Shown here: in pieces, positions 50,471 to 64,000 of the stretch
Numbering within the stretch: position 1 is the stretch's first letter
Layout: the number at the start of each line of letters is the position of its first letter
Assembly (NCBI RefSeq): GCF_902652985.1
Contig: NC_047021.1
Coordinates: 39,494,001 to 39,558,000, forward strand
Length of the DNA stretch: 64,000 nucleotides
Reading direction: 5' to 3'
Origin: Pecten maximus
Taxonomy: Eukaryota
Notes under the pieces: generated by a model
What the model was told of the DNA's origin: nothing
Databases searched by the model: none
The model's input: the letters and a program-made list of their open reading frames with translations, nothing else
Made by a program: the position numbers and the translations under genes

Positions 50471-50490
50471 ATGTACATCTGTGTAACGGG
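50471..50490 (+). CDS. Possible coding end of an alternative first exon of gene 2: MYICVT(G)
   Basis: ccaATG...ACGGG|GTAGGT; ends in phase 2 like exon 24836-25041. Confidence 0.3.
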
Positions 50491-51034
50491 GTAGGTACCA
50501 TGGCCATTGAGATTTAACAATTCATATAATTTGTTGATAATGGAATAGTGTTTTAAAAAGATAGTTCTAAAAATAGGACAGATGACACATTGCTATATAA
50601 CAGTAACTTAAATTTTGACTGATTTGAACAGTGACATAATTGTTTATTTGTGTATGAGCATGGTGTCATGTTTTTGCAAAAACTCTGTTTGTTCTGTCAA
50701 CGAGAAATTTTCAGACAAATTCATAAATTCCTGATCAGTTTGGTGTACATACAAGTACATTGTACTGATAAACATGTTTTAACCTATAGCTTACTATCAC
50801 CTCCCCACTACAAGTAGCTGTTTTATTACGAACCACCTCCAAACCCTACCTATGGTGAAGTGGTCATGTTCAACATACCCTTATGAATATATTATCTGAA
50901 TTCTCAGAAACTTTGGCTTCAAAGCTCATCTTGAGAGGACGATTCGAGCAAGATTTGAGGCCAATGAAGAGGCTAAAAGCGACTTTGGCCGAATAAAATT
51001 GAGATGGTAAATTTTCTTGTCTGCTGTGTGGATA

Positions 51035-52151
51035 CCATATTTTCTCCAATTAACACTAATATAACCAGGGTTGAAATTCCAGGCAAATGTATCACTGTGA
51101 ACCAAGTAATTTTGTCGTATTTCATATAAGGTTACAATTAGCGAAAATTAATCACTGCAAAATACTTTCAATGACAGGTACTTCTTTTATGACTGTAAAT
51201 CACGAAATTAATTCGCCACAAAAAAGACGGTTTGTTATATTATGAAAACGCGAAATTAGGTCACTGCAAAAATGAGTTTTACATTATACCAGATCTGTTA
51301 TGACAGGCGTCGTAGTTGACATAGAAGACACTTCCTCTTCCTGAACACCTGGTCCTAATCTCCTTGAACTTGTTCAATAGTTCCTGTATATAATCTTTCT
51401 TTTGTCCATGTTTTGCCATATTGCTCCATTAGTTTTCTGTTAGAGTTTTGGTTTTGTCCGAAATCTATCTTCTTTCTTTTCAATATTTAAGCTTTGTGTT
51501 AGCTCAGCAAGGCATGAAGATCAAACTGCCAATGGCATATATCGTGTATGGTGATGACACAGCTCGAGGTGACCCTCTCAAAAATTTGCCAGACCTATAT
51601 TTTGCGTAGGAATGACATTATCCAGATGTACAAAACTGACGATATGTTAATTATAATGGGAGTAGATTAAACCAGCGTTAAATTCTAGCTTTCTAGTTCT
51701 AGTTTCTACATATTGAACACTGTTGTCTTAAGCCTCATTTTGTGAGGGTATTAAATTCCTTATGTACATCAGGTACAACAGTGACCTTGACCTCATTTCT
51801 CACCTTGGTAATGCACATGGCGGACATATATATACTTGCCAGACATGGCTTCAAAGAAGAAACAATTTGAAAGCAAAATGGCGGAATTCTATAATGAAGG
51901 AACTTCATTTGTCCTGTGGATAAAACAAGACATATAGCTACCAAAGTGAAGTTTGTGTCATGAAATGTTAATCCTCATTTCCCCAAATAAGGCATTTGTT
52001 TTCATATGCTACCACTGTATCATGTCCAACTAGCTTCCTTATTAGATCAAATTTTGTCCTTAAATGATTTCTTGGTTAAACAATACATGTAAGTTATTTT
52101 ACGGAGAAAAGGGGTCACATCTAGGAGGGACATTAATTGGAGAAAATATGG
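51035..52151. mobile_element. 1.1-kb non-autonomous Tc1/mariner-type element: perfect 19-bp TIRs CCATATTTTCTCCAATTAA, TA TSD, nested repeat fragments inside
   Basis: Left TIR 51035-51053, right TIR 52133-52151, TA on both sides; no transposase ORF. Confidence 0.7.
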
Positions 52152-52768
52152 TAACAATATATATATATATAACTGCTTTACCTGGATAATGTATAACATA
52201 TGTCGCTCTAACTCGACTGTCGCTGTGTATATTGTATCTCCTCTGTATATCAGAATATGTAATTCTAATTTTTATTTCTGTATTAATTAGCATAACTGTT
52301 GTATACATATTCAATACCCGCTTCCATCCTTTGTATCCCAGTATTAAAGATTTCAGTCCAATAATTACTTTTCTCAGTTCTGTATAGTTTGCTTCTATAT
52401 ATTGTAGCTAAGGTTTTCCAGCTAGAAGAAAAAGGATTTAAAATACATATATATAATTCCATATCTTATTCTTGTTTGCTTGCATAAATTATGTATTATT
52501 CATTTATTAGTCTTTTCAACAAGAATAAGTTTTTGAGCCTCCATTGAAAAATATCTTTCTCAGTGTAACTAGATATAGAAGGAAAATTTAGCAAAGTAAA
52601 CTGTATATAGCATTTGTAATGAAGTAATTTAGCTTTTGAGCAAGGTTATAATGTCAAAAAAGAATTGCATGGTGTTAGAAAAAGTAAGATTTAGCTGTTG
52701 AACAAGGCATATGTATTGAATTATTGTTGGTTCAGAGAAGTCAATTAGTTCTTGAACATGGCGTATAT

Positions 52769-52975
52769 TGGGTGATTGGGTAAGTGGTATCACACTTTCC
52801 TTTCACCAAGCTTAAGGTGGCCAAGTCTCGATTCCATAATCAGACCTGAAAAAGTATGGGGTCATACCTGCCCAATCACGAGGGGTTTCTCCCACAATAA
52901 GATCCCTCGCACACTTCCATCCGGGCCAACAAGTGATTAATAGAGGTTGAAAAACTTGTTTGACAATTGTTGTAA
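52769..52975 (+). mobile_element. V-SINE family 2 copy, degenerate
   Basis: Matches the 54826-55064 copy (gtggtatcacact..ctttcacc; ccatccgggccaacaagtgattaa). Confidence 0.65.
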
Positions 52976-53149
52976 TGTACATTCAAATAATGCTGGTTAG
53001 GAAAATTAAGATTTAGCTAATGAACAAGGCATATATTTAATCAATGTTTGAACAAGGCATACATTGAACCTCATTTGTATTGATGGCTGTAGTTGTTGAT
53101 CATGGTGTATATTAAATTAATACCGGTTTTAAGTGATTTTATCAGTTAA

Positions 53150-53510
53150 ACAAAGTGTAGATATTCATCTTTGAACAAGACGTAGATATTTATCTGTTGA
53201 ACAAGGTGTAGATATTTATCTATTGAACAATTAAGGCGTAGATATTTATCTGTTGAATAAGGTGTAGATATTTATCTATTGAACAATTAAGGCGTAGATA
53301 TTCATCTTTGAACAAGGCGTAGATATTCATCTTTGAACAAGGCGTAGATATTCATCTTTGAACAAGGCGTAGATATTTATCTATTGAACAAGGCATAGAT
53401 ATTTATCTGTTGAACAAGCATAGATATTTATGTTGAACAAGACATAGATATTTATCAGTTGAACAAATATAACAATATTCAAGGAGTAGATATTTCATCT
53501 GATGAACAAG
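53150..53510. repeat. 26-bp minisatellite (gtagatatttatctgttgaacaaggc)
   Basis: Units read directly; older degenerate units extend upstream to ~52600. Confidence 0.9.
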
Positions 53511-54825
53511 GCTTAACAAACTATTGCTGACTGGGAGAAGAAAGATTTTACTTAATGAACAGGTCTATGGATACCAATATTGCTTGTCCGGGATGAGGGA
53601 ATTTGATCAAATGAACACTGCTGAATTATAGCTCGAATCCATTACTCTTGGTGCCTGCTAATTAAATTGATTCTGGGCAATATTTGATGGCCTGATCTTG
53701 TAGTTATATTTCCACATGGACGTGGTTTACAATAAGCTGAAAGTGTAAAAGTATCCGTATGACATTGGACCATATATTACCTATATCAAGGTGACTTTAG
53801 GAAGATGGTATAGGTCGGAGCAATCCTTGTTGATGTAATCTTGTCCCACATGATCATGAGCTCTAATTTCAGGGCGAATCTTCAAAGGTTATTATCGTAT
53901 AGGACGCATTATCAGCTCCATTTACCCAGGTAGATATATATATATATACTTTTGTAAAGATTGACCCCTGTATATTTTCAAACCTTTTCGTAACATCCAC
54001 TGTCAGTTGAAGAATCCTGACGCTGTTTCATTGTTCGTGAATTCTACCTGTATTGATACAGAACAGTTATATGTACCAATACACAATATCGTCGCCCTAT
54101 TTACGGTATATATAGGTACAATGTACACAGGTAATAGAAGCCTCCCCATATACCACCATTGTTAACATCTTTGTCCCAGACCCACGTATGTTTCAACATA
54201 ATTTTTCAGGTTTAAAATGTTTTGTCGTTATAAGTTTTGCGTAGACAATCCATGACATTTACTCGGAGGTTCGACTACAATATAAATGTAAATTCTGACA
54301 CTTTTCATTTATGAGGAAAGGATACTATACCCGATCTTTCAAGCGATCTCCAAAAAGGAGGTGTAGGTGTAGGTATTGGATTATATTAACTGAATAACAT
54401 GAGCTGCCATGTCCTCAGGCTAAAAATACAAAAAAACACTGGTTTTAGGAGATTTTTTCACAATTTTTTTAAACTTGATACTCTAAGGCTGTTAATCGAG
54501 CTTGTCCTTCACTAACAGCATGACATCCGTGACATCCATCATCATCTGTCCCTAGTTCATTGTTCACTTCACGCACAAAGAGTTATTGTCTTTTAGCCTA
54601 TCCAAAATCCAAGATGGCCACTCTGACTAGTCCTGTCTTTTGGAATTTTACCAGGCCAATTTTACTGAAAATTGAAGATAGATAAATCTATACCTTTTAC
54701 CCATGGTTGCAGTTTCCCTATTTTCATGTGGTGTTTTGTCTAAGAAAGACAGTAGGCTTGGTTGGGGTGTACCAGAAGTAGGTCACTGTGACTCACAACT
54801 AATTGTTGTGGTCGCAGTGATTTCA

Positions 54826-55064
54826 GTTGGGGTGCCACTGTGGTAACACGCTTGCCTTTCACCTAGGTGACAGGGGTTCCATTCCCCGATTGGACATGAA
54901 AAGGTACTTGATCACCTGGCCGACAACATGGGTTTTCCCTGGTACTCCGGTTTCCTCCCACAGTAAGACCCCTCACACGATTTCATCCAGGCCAACACGC
55001 GTGATTAACATAAGTTCATATAACTTATTTCACAGTTGTTGTAAAGTAAATAAAGTTTACATTT
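54826..55064 (+). mobile_element. V-SINE family 2, near full length
   Basis: tRNA-like head (gtggtaacacgcttgcctttcacc...ggggttccattcccc), V core gggttttccctggtactccggtttcctcccaca, tail aataaagtttacattta. Confidence 0.85.
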
Positions 55065-55494
55065 ACGACCATGCCAACTGTTCCATGTTTAACCCTCCAT
55101 GTCCATAAAGCAAAAAATGGTTTCTAGGTTTATTTCCCGTATTATTTTATATAGGATCTTTTGAGATTTGTGTGCTGGTATATATATAGATACATCTCTT
55201 ACTATAGACTGGTCACCAGCCCCAAAGGTTTTTGTAAGAACTGAATTTTAATACTAGATTATCTCCCCCTAGTTTGAACCTAGAATCATGCAGGCATATC
55301 CTCGAGACCAAAATAATAAACCTCAATTTAGTTTACAATTTTGATATTCTAGAGACAGATGGCTAGTCTAGATTAAATGATGCAAGGTCACCTACCAAAA
55401 GTAGGCCATTTGTCACCTGAAGTAGGTCATTGCAACCTATATTTTGACCTTTTGACTATAACCATCTAGAAGTGGTGACCAACCACAGTTATGT

Positions 55495-55660
55495 ATGCTG
55501 ACCATGTTGACCATGCTATGGTATGTAGAAATTCTGTCTGACCATGTTGACCATGCTGTGATATGTACAATTCTGTCCGACAATATTGACCATGCTATGA
55601 TATATAGAAATTCTGTCCGACCATGTTGACCATGCTGTGGTATGTAGAAATTCTGTCCAG
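55495..55660. repeat. 40-bp tandem repeat x4 (ctgaccatgttgaccatgctatggtatgtagaaattctgt)
   Basis: Units read directly. Confidence 0.9.
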
Positions 55661-56011
55661 ACTGACCAGTAGTGACCATCGTTTTGTTGACATAACAAGG
55701 TATTGGTGAGTGTTATTTATTGCTCCTATAGATTACAGACTAGGATCAATACAGGCCCACACTACACAATGGCTGCCATCTGGCTGTCACCGAGATTTTG
55801 TGTGACAGCTTGGTCAGTTAAATGTTTGCCCGTGGGAAGGTCTGAATCCCCACTTACTATACATGTACTTTGTATACATGTGCTACACAACATTATATAA
55901 GTCAGAACAAACATGTAAGCATCGAATCCAAAATGCTTTTCTAGAAATAGATGTTTTATACAATGTATGACATTATTAGATAAGGCAAATTACCTTCTGA
56001 ACACTACAGTA

Positions 56012-56156
56012 TGGGTGGTCGGGTGGCACAGTGGTAACACACTCACCTTTCATCTAGGCGGCGGGGATTTGATTCCCCATTACGACATGAAAAGGTATGA
56101 GGGTCACCTGCCTGATCACATGGGTTCTCTGAAGGTACTTCCACAATAAAGACCCG
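56012..56156 (+). mobile_element. V-SINE family 2, 5' half
   Basis: ggtcgggtggcacagtggtaacacactcacctttcatctagg...gggtcacctgcctgatcacatgggttctct. Confidence 0.75.
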
Positions 56157-57351
56157 AATTCAATTATATTTTGCTCATATTGTACAATATATACTGAATC
56201 TAAATATTGGAACAATAATATATTAATGTAGTGAGAATTCATAAACATTATTATTATTTATTTACATCAGATATAGTGTCAAGATATTTTTACAATTTTG
56301 TTCCTGTATGCGATCTTTTACAAAAAACGTTTTCGATATCGAGATCCATTGTATTGTCATGAGTCAGTGTTTGAAAGCTGGAAGAGTTACCTCCCTTTAA
56401 ATGTCAACACTGTCTTGAACAAAACCCATAAGTCACAGATAAGCTTGATTTATGTCTCTCTGTCTGTGGTTTATGTATTTTGTGTACATAAGTTATGCTA
56501 AGGTTTTTTTTCCTATTTTTGTTTTGTACCAAAAACAACATGATTTATTAAAGAAGATAGAATCAGTTGTAAACCTAGCTATAGGCTCACAGACTGAGAG
56601 AAGTGTTATTGTCGATTCACACCCTGTATATTATATGAAGTGAAAAATCTAAATCTTTTATTTCATGAATGATCTGCGATATATATCAAATGTGTGGTAA
56701 GTCCAAAAAATAAAATATGTTTTCTGTAACATATTTAGAAAAAAAAAATTTAGGCAGGTAGATTTTTTCTAAACTTTAATCATTCACATTGCTTCTATTG
56801 AAACTAGTACCGCATGCATGCAGTAAAAATCTGAATTTGGTAAAACTGCACACAAAAATACGGTCAGTAGGTAATTAGGGGCTACATTGTGTAATATATG
56901 ACACTCTGTGACTGTTATTTGGGCGTGTTAGTACTCTGACCTCTGATTCAGTATGCACACATCGTATATGATGTGTAAATAATTGGTTGTTTATCAGATA
57001 GCCAGCACAATAGACTTTGTGTACAGTTCACACAACCACATCTAGATTACAGAACATAGTTTTATACTGACATCAACAGACATCAGGTATTTGTATGTGA
57101 TGATTTTGAAAATTTTTCAAGTTTTCTGATTGAATATTGATTAATTTTGTTTGTCGTGACATACCCATGTGTATGGTCATTTTGAGCCATGCTATTCCTA
57201 CATGAAGATGCGTACACCTTCAAAGTAATTCTAAATGTTTGTAGTTTGAGAAATGCTGCCAAGTTATAATGAATTGATTTGAGCTTCCGTTGTCGTGGGC
57301 TAGGGTTTATATTGGACAATATATTGTTTAATGTTGACTTGAAATGCCATA

Positions 57352-57672
57352 GTTTTTTATGGAGAAGGGGAAGGGAGGAGGGGGGGGGGGGGGGGAGTTA
57401 TAGGTTTCCTCTTCATTCGGCTCCGGCTCTGGCTCTGACTTGTATGTATACATGTACACACTGGGTAACAACAAAGATTTTCAGTGCTCTAGCAACTTCA
57501 TATTTTGAGGGATTTTGATCAAACTTCGCACAATGATAAAGTACCGTAATATCACAGAGAAGTTTGAGTTTCAGGGTTTTTGGGTCCATGCAGGTAAAGT
57601 CACTGTGCCTTTTTAGTGGAGACCGGTAGGGACATGTATTGCTTTAACAATACCCAGTATTAATTCTTGTTT
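57352..57672 (+). mobile_element. Helentron/DINE-like non-autonomous element
   Basis: T-rich start, ggagttataggttt head with (ggctcc)n, gattttgatcaaactt core, and a 3' end ...attgctttaacaatac...ttcttgtt. Confidence 0.6.
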
Positions 57673-59344
57673 GTAATTACATTTTTTCAGGGTTTGTTTA
57701 TAATCAAAGGACTGACCAGAAATGTCAACTTAATACAGGGATCCTCAGAGGTGGGGTGGGGTGGGGGGATGTGATTGAAAGTGTGTTGGGGAGAGGGAGA
57801 TGTGTGTTAAGGTGTGTGTGTTGGGAGGAGGATGTGTTCCTGTTACACTGGTCCTATTTACACACCCACTTCTGTTTACTGTCCTGTTAGACTAGTTATC
57901 AATGTCTATGATCTATGGCAAGCCTACATACCCCTGATAATGATCAGATCAATGTTAGACTTGCTCAAGTCCATAAACTAGAAATAATCATATAACCAAA
58001 TTACAATCAAGATTGGAAGACTTGCAGCCTCATCAAGATCACGTTAGGAGAAAATGTGCTGTCATCTTTATCATCAAATTACTAATGACTTTTAATCACG
58101 GTTGGCCGAAGTGAGACATTCCTCCAGGCTAATTAATACATTAATTCTCACTTTTGTTGCTTGGGAAGATAAGAAAAGATAAAGTGTTTCACTTGAGGGA
58201 TTTCACCGATGGGACCACACAGGACAATCAAACAAATTCTAGGTAAACTCTACACGGGGAAAGTTAATGTCAAATGTATTTTAATGAATCCTATAGTTTG
58301 ATAAAAAGATCACAGACATTCTAAGCACATGAGCCACAGGAATAGATTGACCTATCCTATATAGAAAAATTATGGGATGGTATTTTAGGAAATAAAGTTT
58401 TGTGGAGGAGGGGGACCCTTCTGTAATTCAGTATAAGGAGGAAATGTCAATGTGGGTATCTGAGGCGGTTGTGGTTGACATGGTTTTATGAACTAATTAG
58501 CTGGGAGTGTTTTTATTGAATGTTATCAAACTCGCCAATAAAGAGGCGTGTTCCTGAATTTAATTGGCCATTCAACAAGTGTCGCAGTGTGTTAGAGCCC
58601 CGGTTATCAGCGATTGTTCATGTTCTCAACAGATCTGCCGATACCGCTGTCACAAACTAATTTTCAGTGGTGTCCACAGGTATTTCACCAGTAAATAGTT
58701 TAGGAAGATGATTGTATCATGGACAACAGACAGTCAACGCTTTGTCTCTGGTGAAATTGGGTAAAAACGTCTGATTTGTATCGGGTAACTTAGATAGATA
58801 TTAAAAGTATTTTGCTGTGCACAATCCATGTCCTTTGTAGCTGAACAAGAGCTATATTACTGTTGATGATGGCCTATACATGTACACACTGATTATTGTA
58901 CTTTGAAGAACTTTTTTTCCTTCCTTGATCAAAGTTTGATTCTAGCCTCCTATATGGCTGAACGTGTGTAATTGATCAAGTCGAGTGATATCTGCATCGG
59001 TGCAAAATGTTTAAGCTCGAATGGCCGTGTAGGCTGATGATCATACATACTCAGATTTTTTCTTTAGAAGAATATTCTAGAATGGCGAAATAGTTTTTGC
59101 TATCAACATCATGTCTGGGTCTTGAAGAGTTTTTGAATTGTATTAAAGGGTGTTTTTCCTACTTGTCGAAAAGACAGGCAATTAGGACAGTATAGGATCC
59201 TGGAGTTTCTTTTGAGAAAGATTACCTCTTGATCAATGGAAGAGATTCTGACCTGATCTGAAATGAGGTGTGTTTTATTAGGTAGAAGTGGGGATCGATA
59301 TAGTTTAGTTCGTCATACCACATCAAACCTATGAAATAATGGTA

Positions 59345-59775
59345 TGTGGCATATCCCTGTAGCTGGTATTCCTGTAACTAACACATCCCTGTAACTGGTA
59401 TCCCTGTATCTGGTATCCCTGTAAATGGCATATCCCTGTACAAAACTTTGTAGCTGGCATATCCCTGTAACTGACATATCCCTGTAACTGGTATATCCCT
59501 GTAGCTGGCATATCCCTGTAACTGGTATCCCTGTAAATGGCATATCCCTGTACAAAACTTTGTAGCTGGCATATCCCTGTAACTGGTATCCCTGTAGCTG
59601 GCATATCCCTGTACAAAACTTTGTAGCTGGCATATCCCTATAGCTGGCATACCCCTGTAGCTGGCATATCCCTATAGCTGGCATATCCCTATAGCTGGCA
59701 TATCCCTGTACATAACTGTGTAGCTGACATCCCAGATATCCCTGTAGCTGCCATATTGGAATATCCTGTAGCTTG
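59345..59775. repeat. 17-bp minisatellite (tagctggcatatccctg) with 15-bp variants and tacaaaactttg spacers
   Basis: Units read directly; periodic ORFs on the minus strand. Confidence 0.9.
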
Positions 59776-61123
59776 CCCAGCCAGATACAGATGTTCAAAT
59801 TTGTGACCTGGACCAGTGGTCAAATGTACATGAAAACTCTGGATAACTTGAATAACATGAATAACTTCTTAAAAACCACAAGCCTTTGAATCTTATTTTG
59901 TCCGCAGTGTACTGGATTGAAAGTTGTTTAAAAACATAGTCTTAACCTTTCCTAAAAAAGGAATTAATTAGTTAGAAGTCAGTAAGTGAGTACATTAAAA
60001 TTGTATGTGTTTGGTGGCCATGCCCATATGTTGGTATAATTGAGCCATGCACCATTGTCTTCAGCTTAATACATTTTTTATGTTCAACTTCAGAAAGGTA
60101 AAGGTAATGCATGCAGGCCCAAAAAGCCTTTTGTAAAATATTGACAGGGCGTCAGAACGATTTCATCATCACCAGCATTAATTGAATGGTTTTATTCGAT
60201 CACAATACAACATTGAATCATACCCTTTGTCAGGCAAGCCGATCAATCTTTTGTGCTGATGGAGCTGACTTTTGAGAAGCATGTGTGTGAAAGCTATGAA
60301 AATGCATGTGATAGGAAGGGTTGATTATTGGAAATACTGGAGTTGTCATTGGTAACACTTACTGCTTGAGACGACAGAATCAGGTGGAGAGTGGGTGTGA
60401 GTCACAACATATTAACAGGTGGGGTGAGATTGGGAGGTGAGGACACATATTTTTACCTGTCGGAGTATCATGCTTATTCTACCTGTGTCATATATATACA
60501 TAGATATACAATGTATTTGATACACGCTGTAGTGTTCGATTGTGGCCTTATTTAGAGATTATTGACGATGCTGTGATTAATTAACACCTGGATTTTCATG
60601 TGGATATATTTGGATTTGATAAAGCTATTTATAGACAAGAGCCTGATGTATCATAGTGTGTCATCAGGGGAACGGTTCCAGTGTCTGTTGGCTCGGTGGA
60701 ACACCATGTAAGTATCGTCCTCCGTAATGTCTATTTCAGATTTAGATACGAAATATTGTGTTATAGGATAATTACATGCTACTGATGATAATTAACTCTT
60801 CAAAGTTTAACTTAATATTGAAGCGACGTACACCACAAAAAAATAATTACATCTTCGAAGTGTACCAACTTAACTTTAAAGCGACACCACACAGAAAATC
60901 AGGTATATTAAATGTTCTTCATTTAACATTTGTTTTTGATTTAAGGACATTATCTGTCTTTTTAGAATGATATATATTACACCATATTTATCCAGCAATA
61001 AACTGATGCTTGGTAACAGCCTCTAGTGTTTATTGGATTTCAGTAAAAATACCAGCAAAGTCTATTTGTTTAGTCCTCTCCTTACTTTAAGTCATTGTTC
61101 GTAATTATATATGTCGCCTGGAC

Positions 61124-61262
61124 TAATTTCAGGATAAATATTAATTTTCGTCTAGAACAAGTGCCTTATAATTTTCAGGATAAATATTATTTTTCATCTA
61201 GAACAAGTGCCTTATAATTTTCAGGATAAATATTAATTTTCATCGAATACAAAGTGTCTTTA
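61124..61262. repeat. ~45-bp tandem repeat x3 (taattttcaggataaatattaattttcatctagaacaagtgcctta)
   Basis: Units read directly. Confidence 0.85.
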
Positions 61263-63329
61263 AGGTTATATAATGGCAATGTATCGCCACACAGATATTC
61301 AAGCTTGCAAATGCATGGAGATGGGTTTAACTATCAAACTCATACAAATTCGTCTTGTAACTACCAAAGCTTGAGTGGTGATATTTACCATATACAACTT
61401 GCTGTAATCGTGGGCTCTTAGATGTTTCAAGTGTGATGAATAAGATTATAAAAACTTCTTCTTTTAAACCATAAATATCTAGAGTTGTGATGTTTGTACT
61501 GTGGTTTGCTGACATGATAGCTTTAAAAAAATTTCAAATGGTCATAGCAAACAGGTTTGTTAGAACTTTCAATAATTTCTTAATTATATATGGGCTATCA
61601 TAAAGCTGTTGAAATAAATGACCTTGCACCTTCTCAAGGTCACAAGAATGAAGGATGCATAAGTACATATATATTGGAAGCTATTCAGCCATGCTAAGAT
61701 AAATTACTTTAAAACCCACATATATATTTTCATTTTGTGATAAATGGTGATAATTTGAATAAAATAATTGGTGTAATAATTTGAATAAAATAATTGGTGT
61801 AATATGCAGTATCTGTATTATAGTTGCACCATTTGAGATTTTTGAAGTTAGTTTGAAACTCTTGGTATATGGATATTTGTCATGACCATAATGTGCTATG
61901 CACATGCACATATGTAAGAACAGTAGACTAGTGAAATGGCTCCTTGTGTACCAGCTGATAGTGTTTATACAATACTCAGCAGTAATATACCTTCTTTACT
62001 TATATAATAAGTAGAATAAGATATACTATATATGATATATAATAAACAAATTTACCCCAAACAATCTCATTGATATCTAGAACATCTTAATTTAACCACT
62101 CCCTGCAGGCTGTAATGGAAAATCCTCCTTCAAAGACAACTTCCCCGTGCTGTGAAGTTTACTTGTCAATTTTATGCAGTCTGAGATGTTTTCCTTGTCA
62201 GTTCAATTTGATACAATTGTTTTACCCAGAGGGACAACCCATTAAAACTGATAACAATACACAGCTGGTTTCCGCTAAATTAGATTAGAGCTGTGGGGTG
62301 CAATTTGGAGTCGGGCCTAACCTAAGCAGGGCCTGTTGACCGGACAAGTGGGTATTCAATGAGCCGTATGATGGGTGGTGGGCCGGGAAGGGGTGAGTAA
62401 CTCCGCCACAGAGCAACTTCCCAATATACCGCCCAATGTGTCTGTTGTTTTTCAATCAGTTTATCACTGAGGACTAGGAAAAGTAGATCTGGCGGTCATT
62501 AATTGCCGAAGTTGTTTTGGTGCAGATAAACTTTGTTTTGGAAAGCTGATGAGGTGAACTGATAAAGTTTATTTTGGAACCAAGAAGTTACTTTAATAGT
62601 GCAATACAATCAGAATGGGATTTCATTGGACAGAGTAGTTATCCTGTTTAAAAGTATGGTTGTAACGTTGTGAAAAGTTACTGGATATTAAGGTAGGTGA
62701 AAATGTACAGACTATTATCTATATACACTAATTATACTGTATCAAACAAATGTAACACCATTAATTTTAGTTCATTTGTTTCAAATGAATAATTATACTT
62801 TGGAGGTATACCTGCATCTACTGTAGTAGCTTTGCAGTGCTCTGTAATAAGGTCAGTTTGACCTTTACCTTTAGGTCAAAGTTCAAATAAGTATAAAGTA
62901 AGTATATGTATATTGGATTCACTAGATTGACCTTGTAACCAGTGCAGCTTTTGCCTCCATGAATTCTTTTTTCTAGCTTAAAAACAACACACTTTTGGCA
63001 TGGGGGAAAGAGCATTTATTTTTGGCTCTGAAACATATGGCAGAAAAACCCCCAAGAAATCCAGTATTAATATTTAGAGGCTATGGCCAAACTAAGGTGA
63101 TGTGGTCTTATTAGACGACCGAAGAGAATTAAGATTTATTTTGGGGGTTGGGATATAAACATCTATGTGTCGCATCTCAAAATCTAGATCATTCGAACAA
63201 TGATTTGGCTGTTTTGCACCTAAATATTCCTACACATGGAATGATGTCACGATTTGGGTGTTAGTTATACTTTCATAGACTTCAGATCTATGTAGTTAGT
63301 CTATATAATGTATCCAAAGGTAAATAAGT

Positions 63330-63667
63330 CTTAAAACCACTCGTGGGATCAGAATAAAAGTGACCTTTATAGACAGGTGGCCTTTATATAAAGGTTCAGC
63401 TACTATGACTGAAACTATGCCTGGAACCAAAAAAGTTTGCTTTATAGACAGATTTGTAATATCCAGGTTACCTTATAGACAGGTTTTTGTTATATAGAGG
63501 TTGTCTTCATAAATAGACAGGTTTTTGTAGAATTGAGGTGGTCTTCTTAGACAGTTTTTTGTGATATCAAGGTGGTCTTTATAGACAGGTTTTTTGTTAT
63601 ATCAAGGTGGTCTTTATAGACAGGTTATGTTATATCGAGGTGGTCTTTGAGGGAGATTAGACTGCAT
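63330..63667. mobile_element. Tc1/mariner-type MITE remnant with internal ggtctttatagacaggt repeats
   Basis: Seven or more copies of ggtggtctttatagacagg, ending in a degenerate ...gactg(c)a terminus. Confidence 0.6.
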
Positions 63668-64000
63668 ATGATTTATTTATTTTTGACAAATGCTTGTGGA
63701 GAATACCAACAAAATCAGTAAAGATATTGATTAATCTGTGCGTAAGGTTTTAAAATAAGTGATCTATTGTTACTTTGATATTTGAACCTGTCAAGAAGAA
63801 GACTCCTGGTATAACTTGGTTATATATGGGTCGATATTGTTACTGCATAGTTTGACAACCTTATTACAGAGCTTCTCAAAATGCCACTGTTGTTTTATAG
63901 AGAAGTATAATGTTGTAATAATTTCTGCACAGATGTTTAAGTCAATTAGGAACCCCACTCTCGGGACGAAATTCCAGCACAATTAGATATTGAAATTTGT

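Overview
AT-rich eukaryotic (metazoan) genomic DNA. The SINE, Helentron and satellite content suggests a bivalve mollusc, which is an inference. The first ~11.4 kb (+) hold the last exons of an FGD/frabin-type RhoGEF gene (end of PH1 - FYVE - PH2 - stop at 11411). All junctions are GT-AG and phase-consistent, and there is a Ser/Arg-rich symmetric cassette-like exon. A second + strand gene starts at a CpG-rich promoter near 24.5 kb. Its first coding exon (24836-25041) encodes a coiled coil and is followed by an intron with no clear downstream internal coding exon in the window (>38 kb). The rest is minisatellites, tRNA-derived SINEs, MITEs, Helentron-like pieces, a truncated LINE and one N gap. 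The most notable observations are: (1) two unrelated foldback elements (13341-13593 and 37925-38021) that each carry a head-to-head pair of minimal, Penelope-type hammerhead ribozyme motifs; (2) a strong candidate recursive splice site (Yn-CAG|GTAAGT) with a 47-nt poison RS-exon in the long intron (43766-43812); (3) a tandem amplification of a real 3' splice site whose nearest copies have lost their AG (7945-8490); (4) a ~36-copy E-box/HRE minisatellite just upstream of the second promoter.
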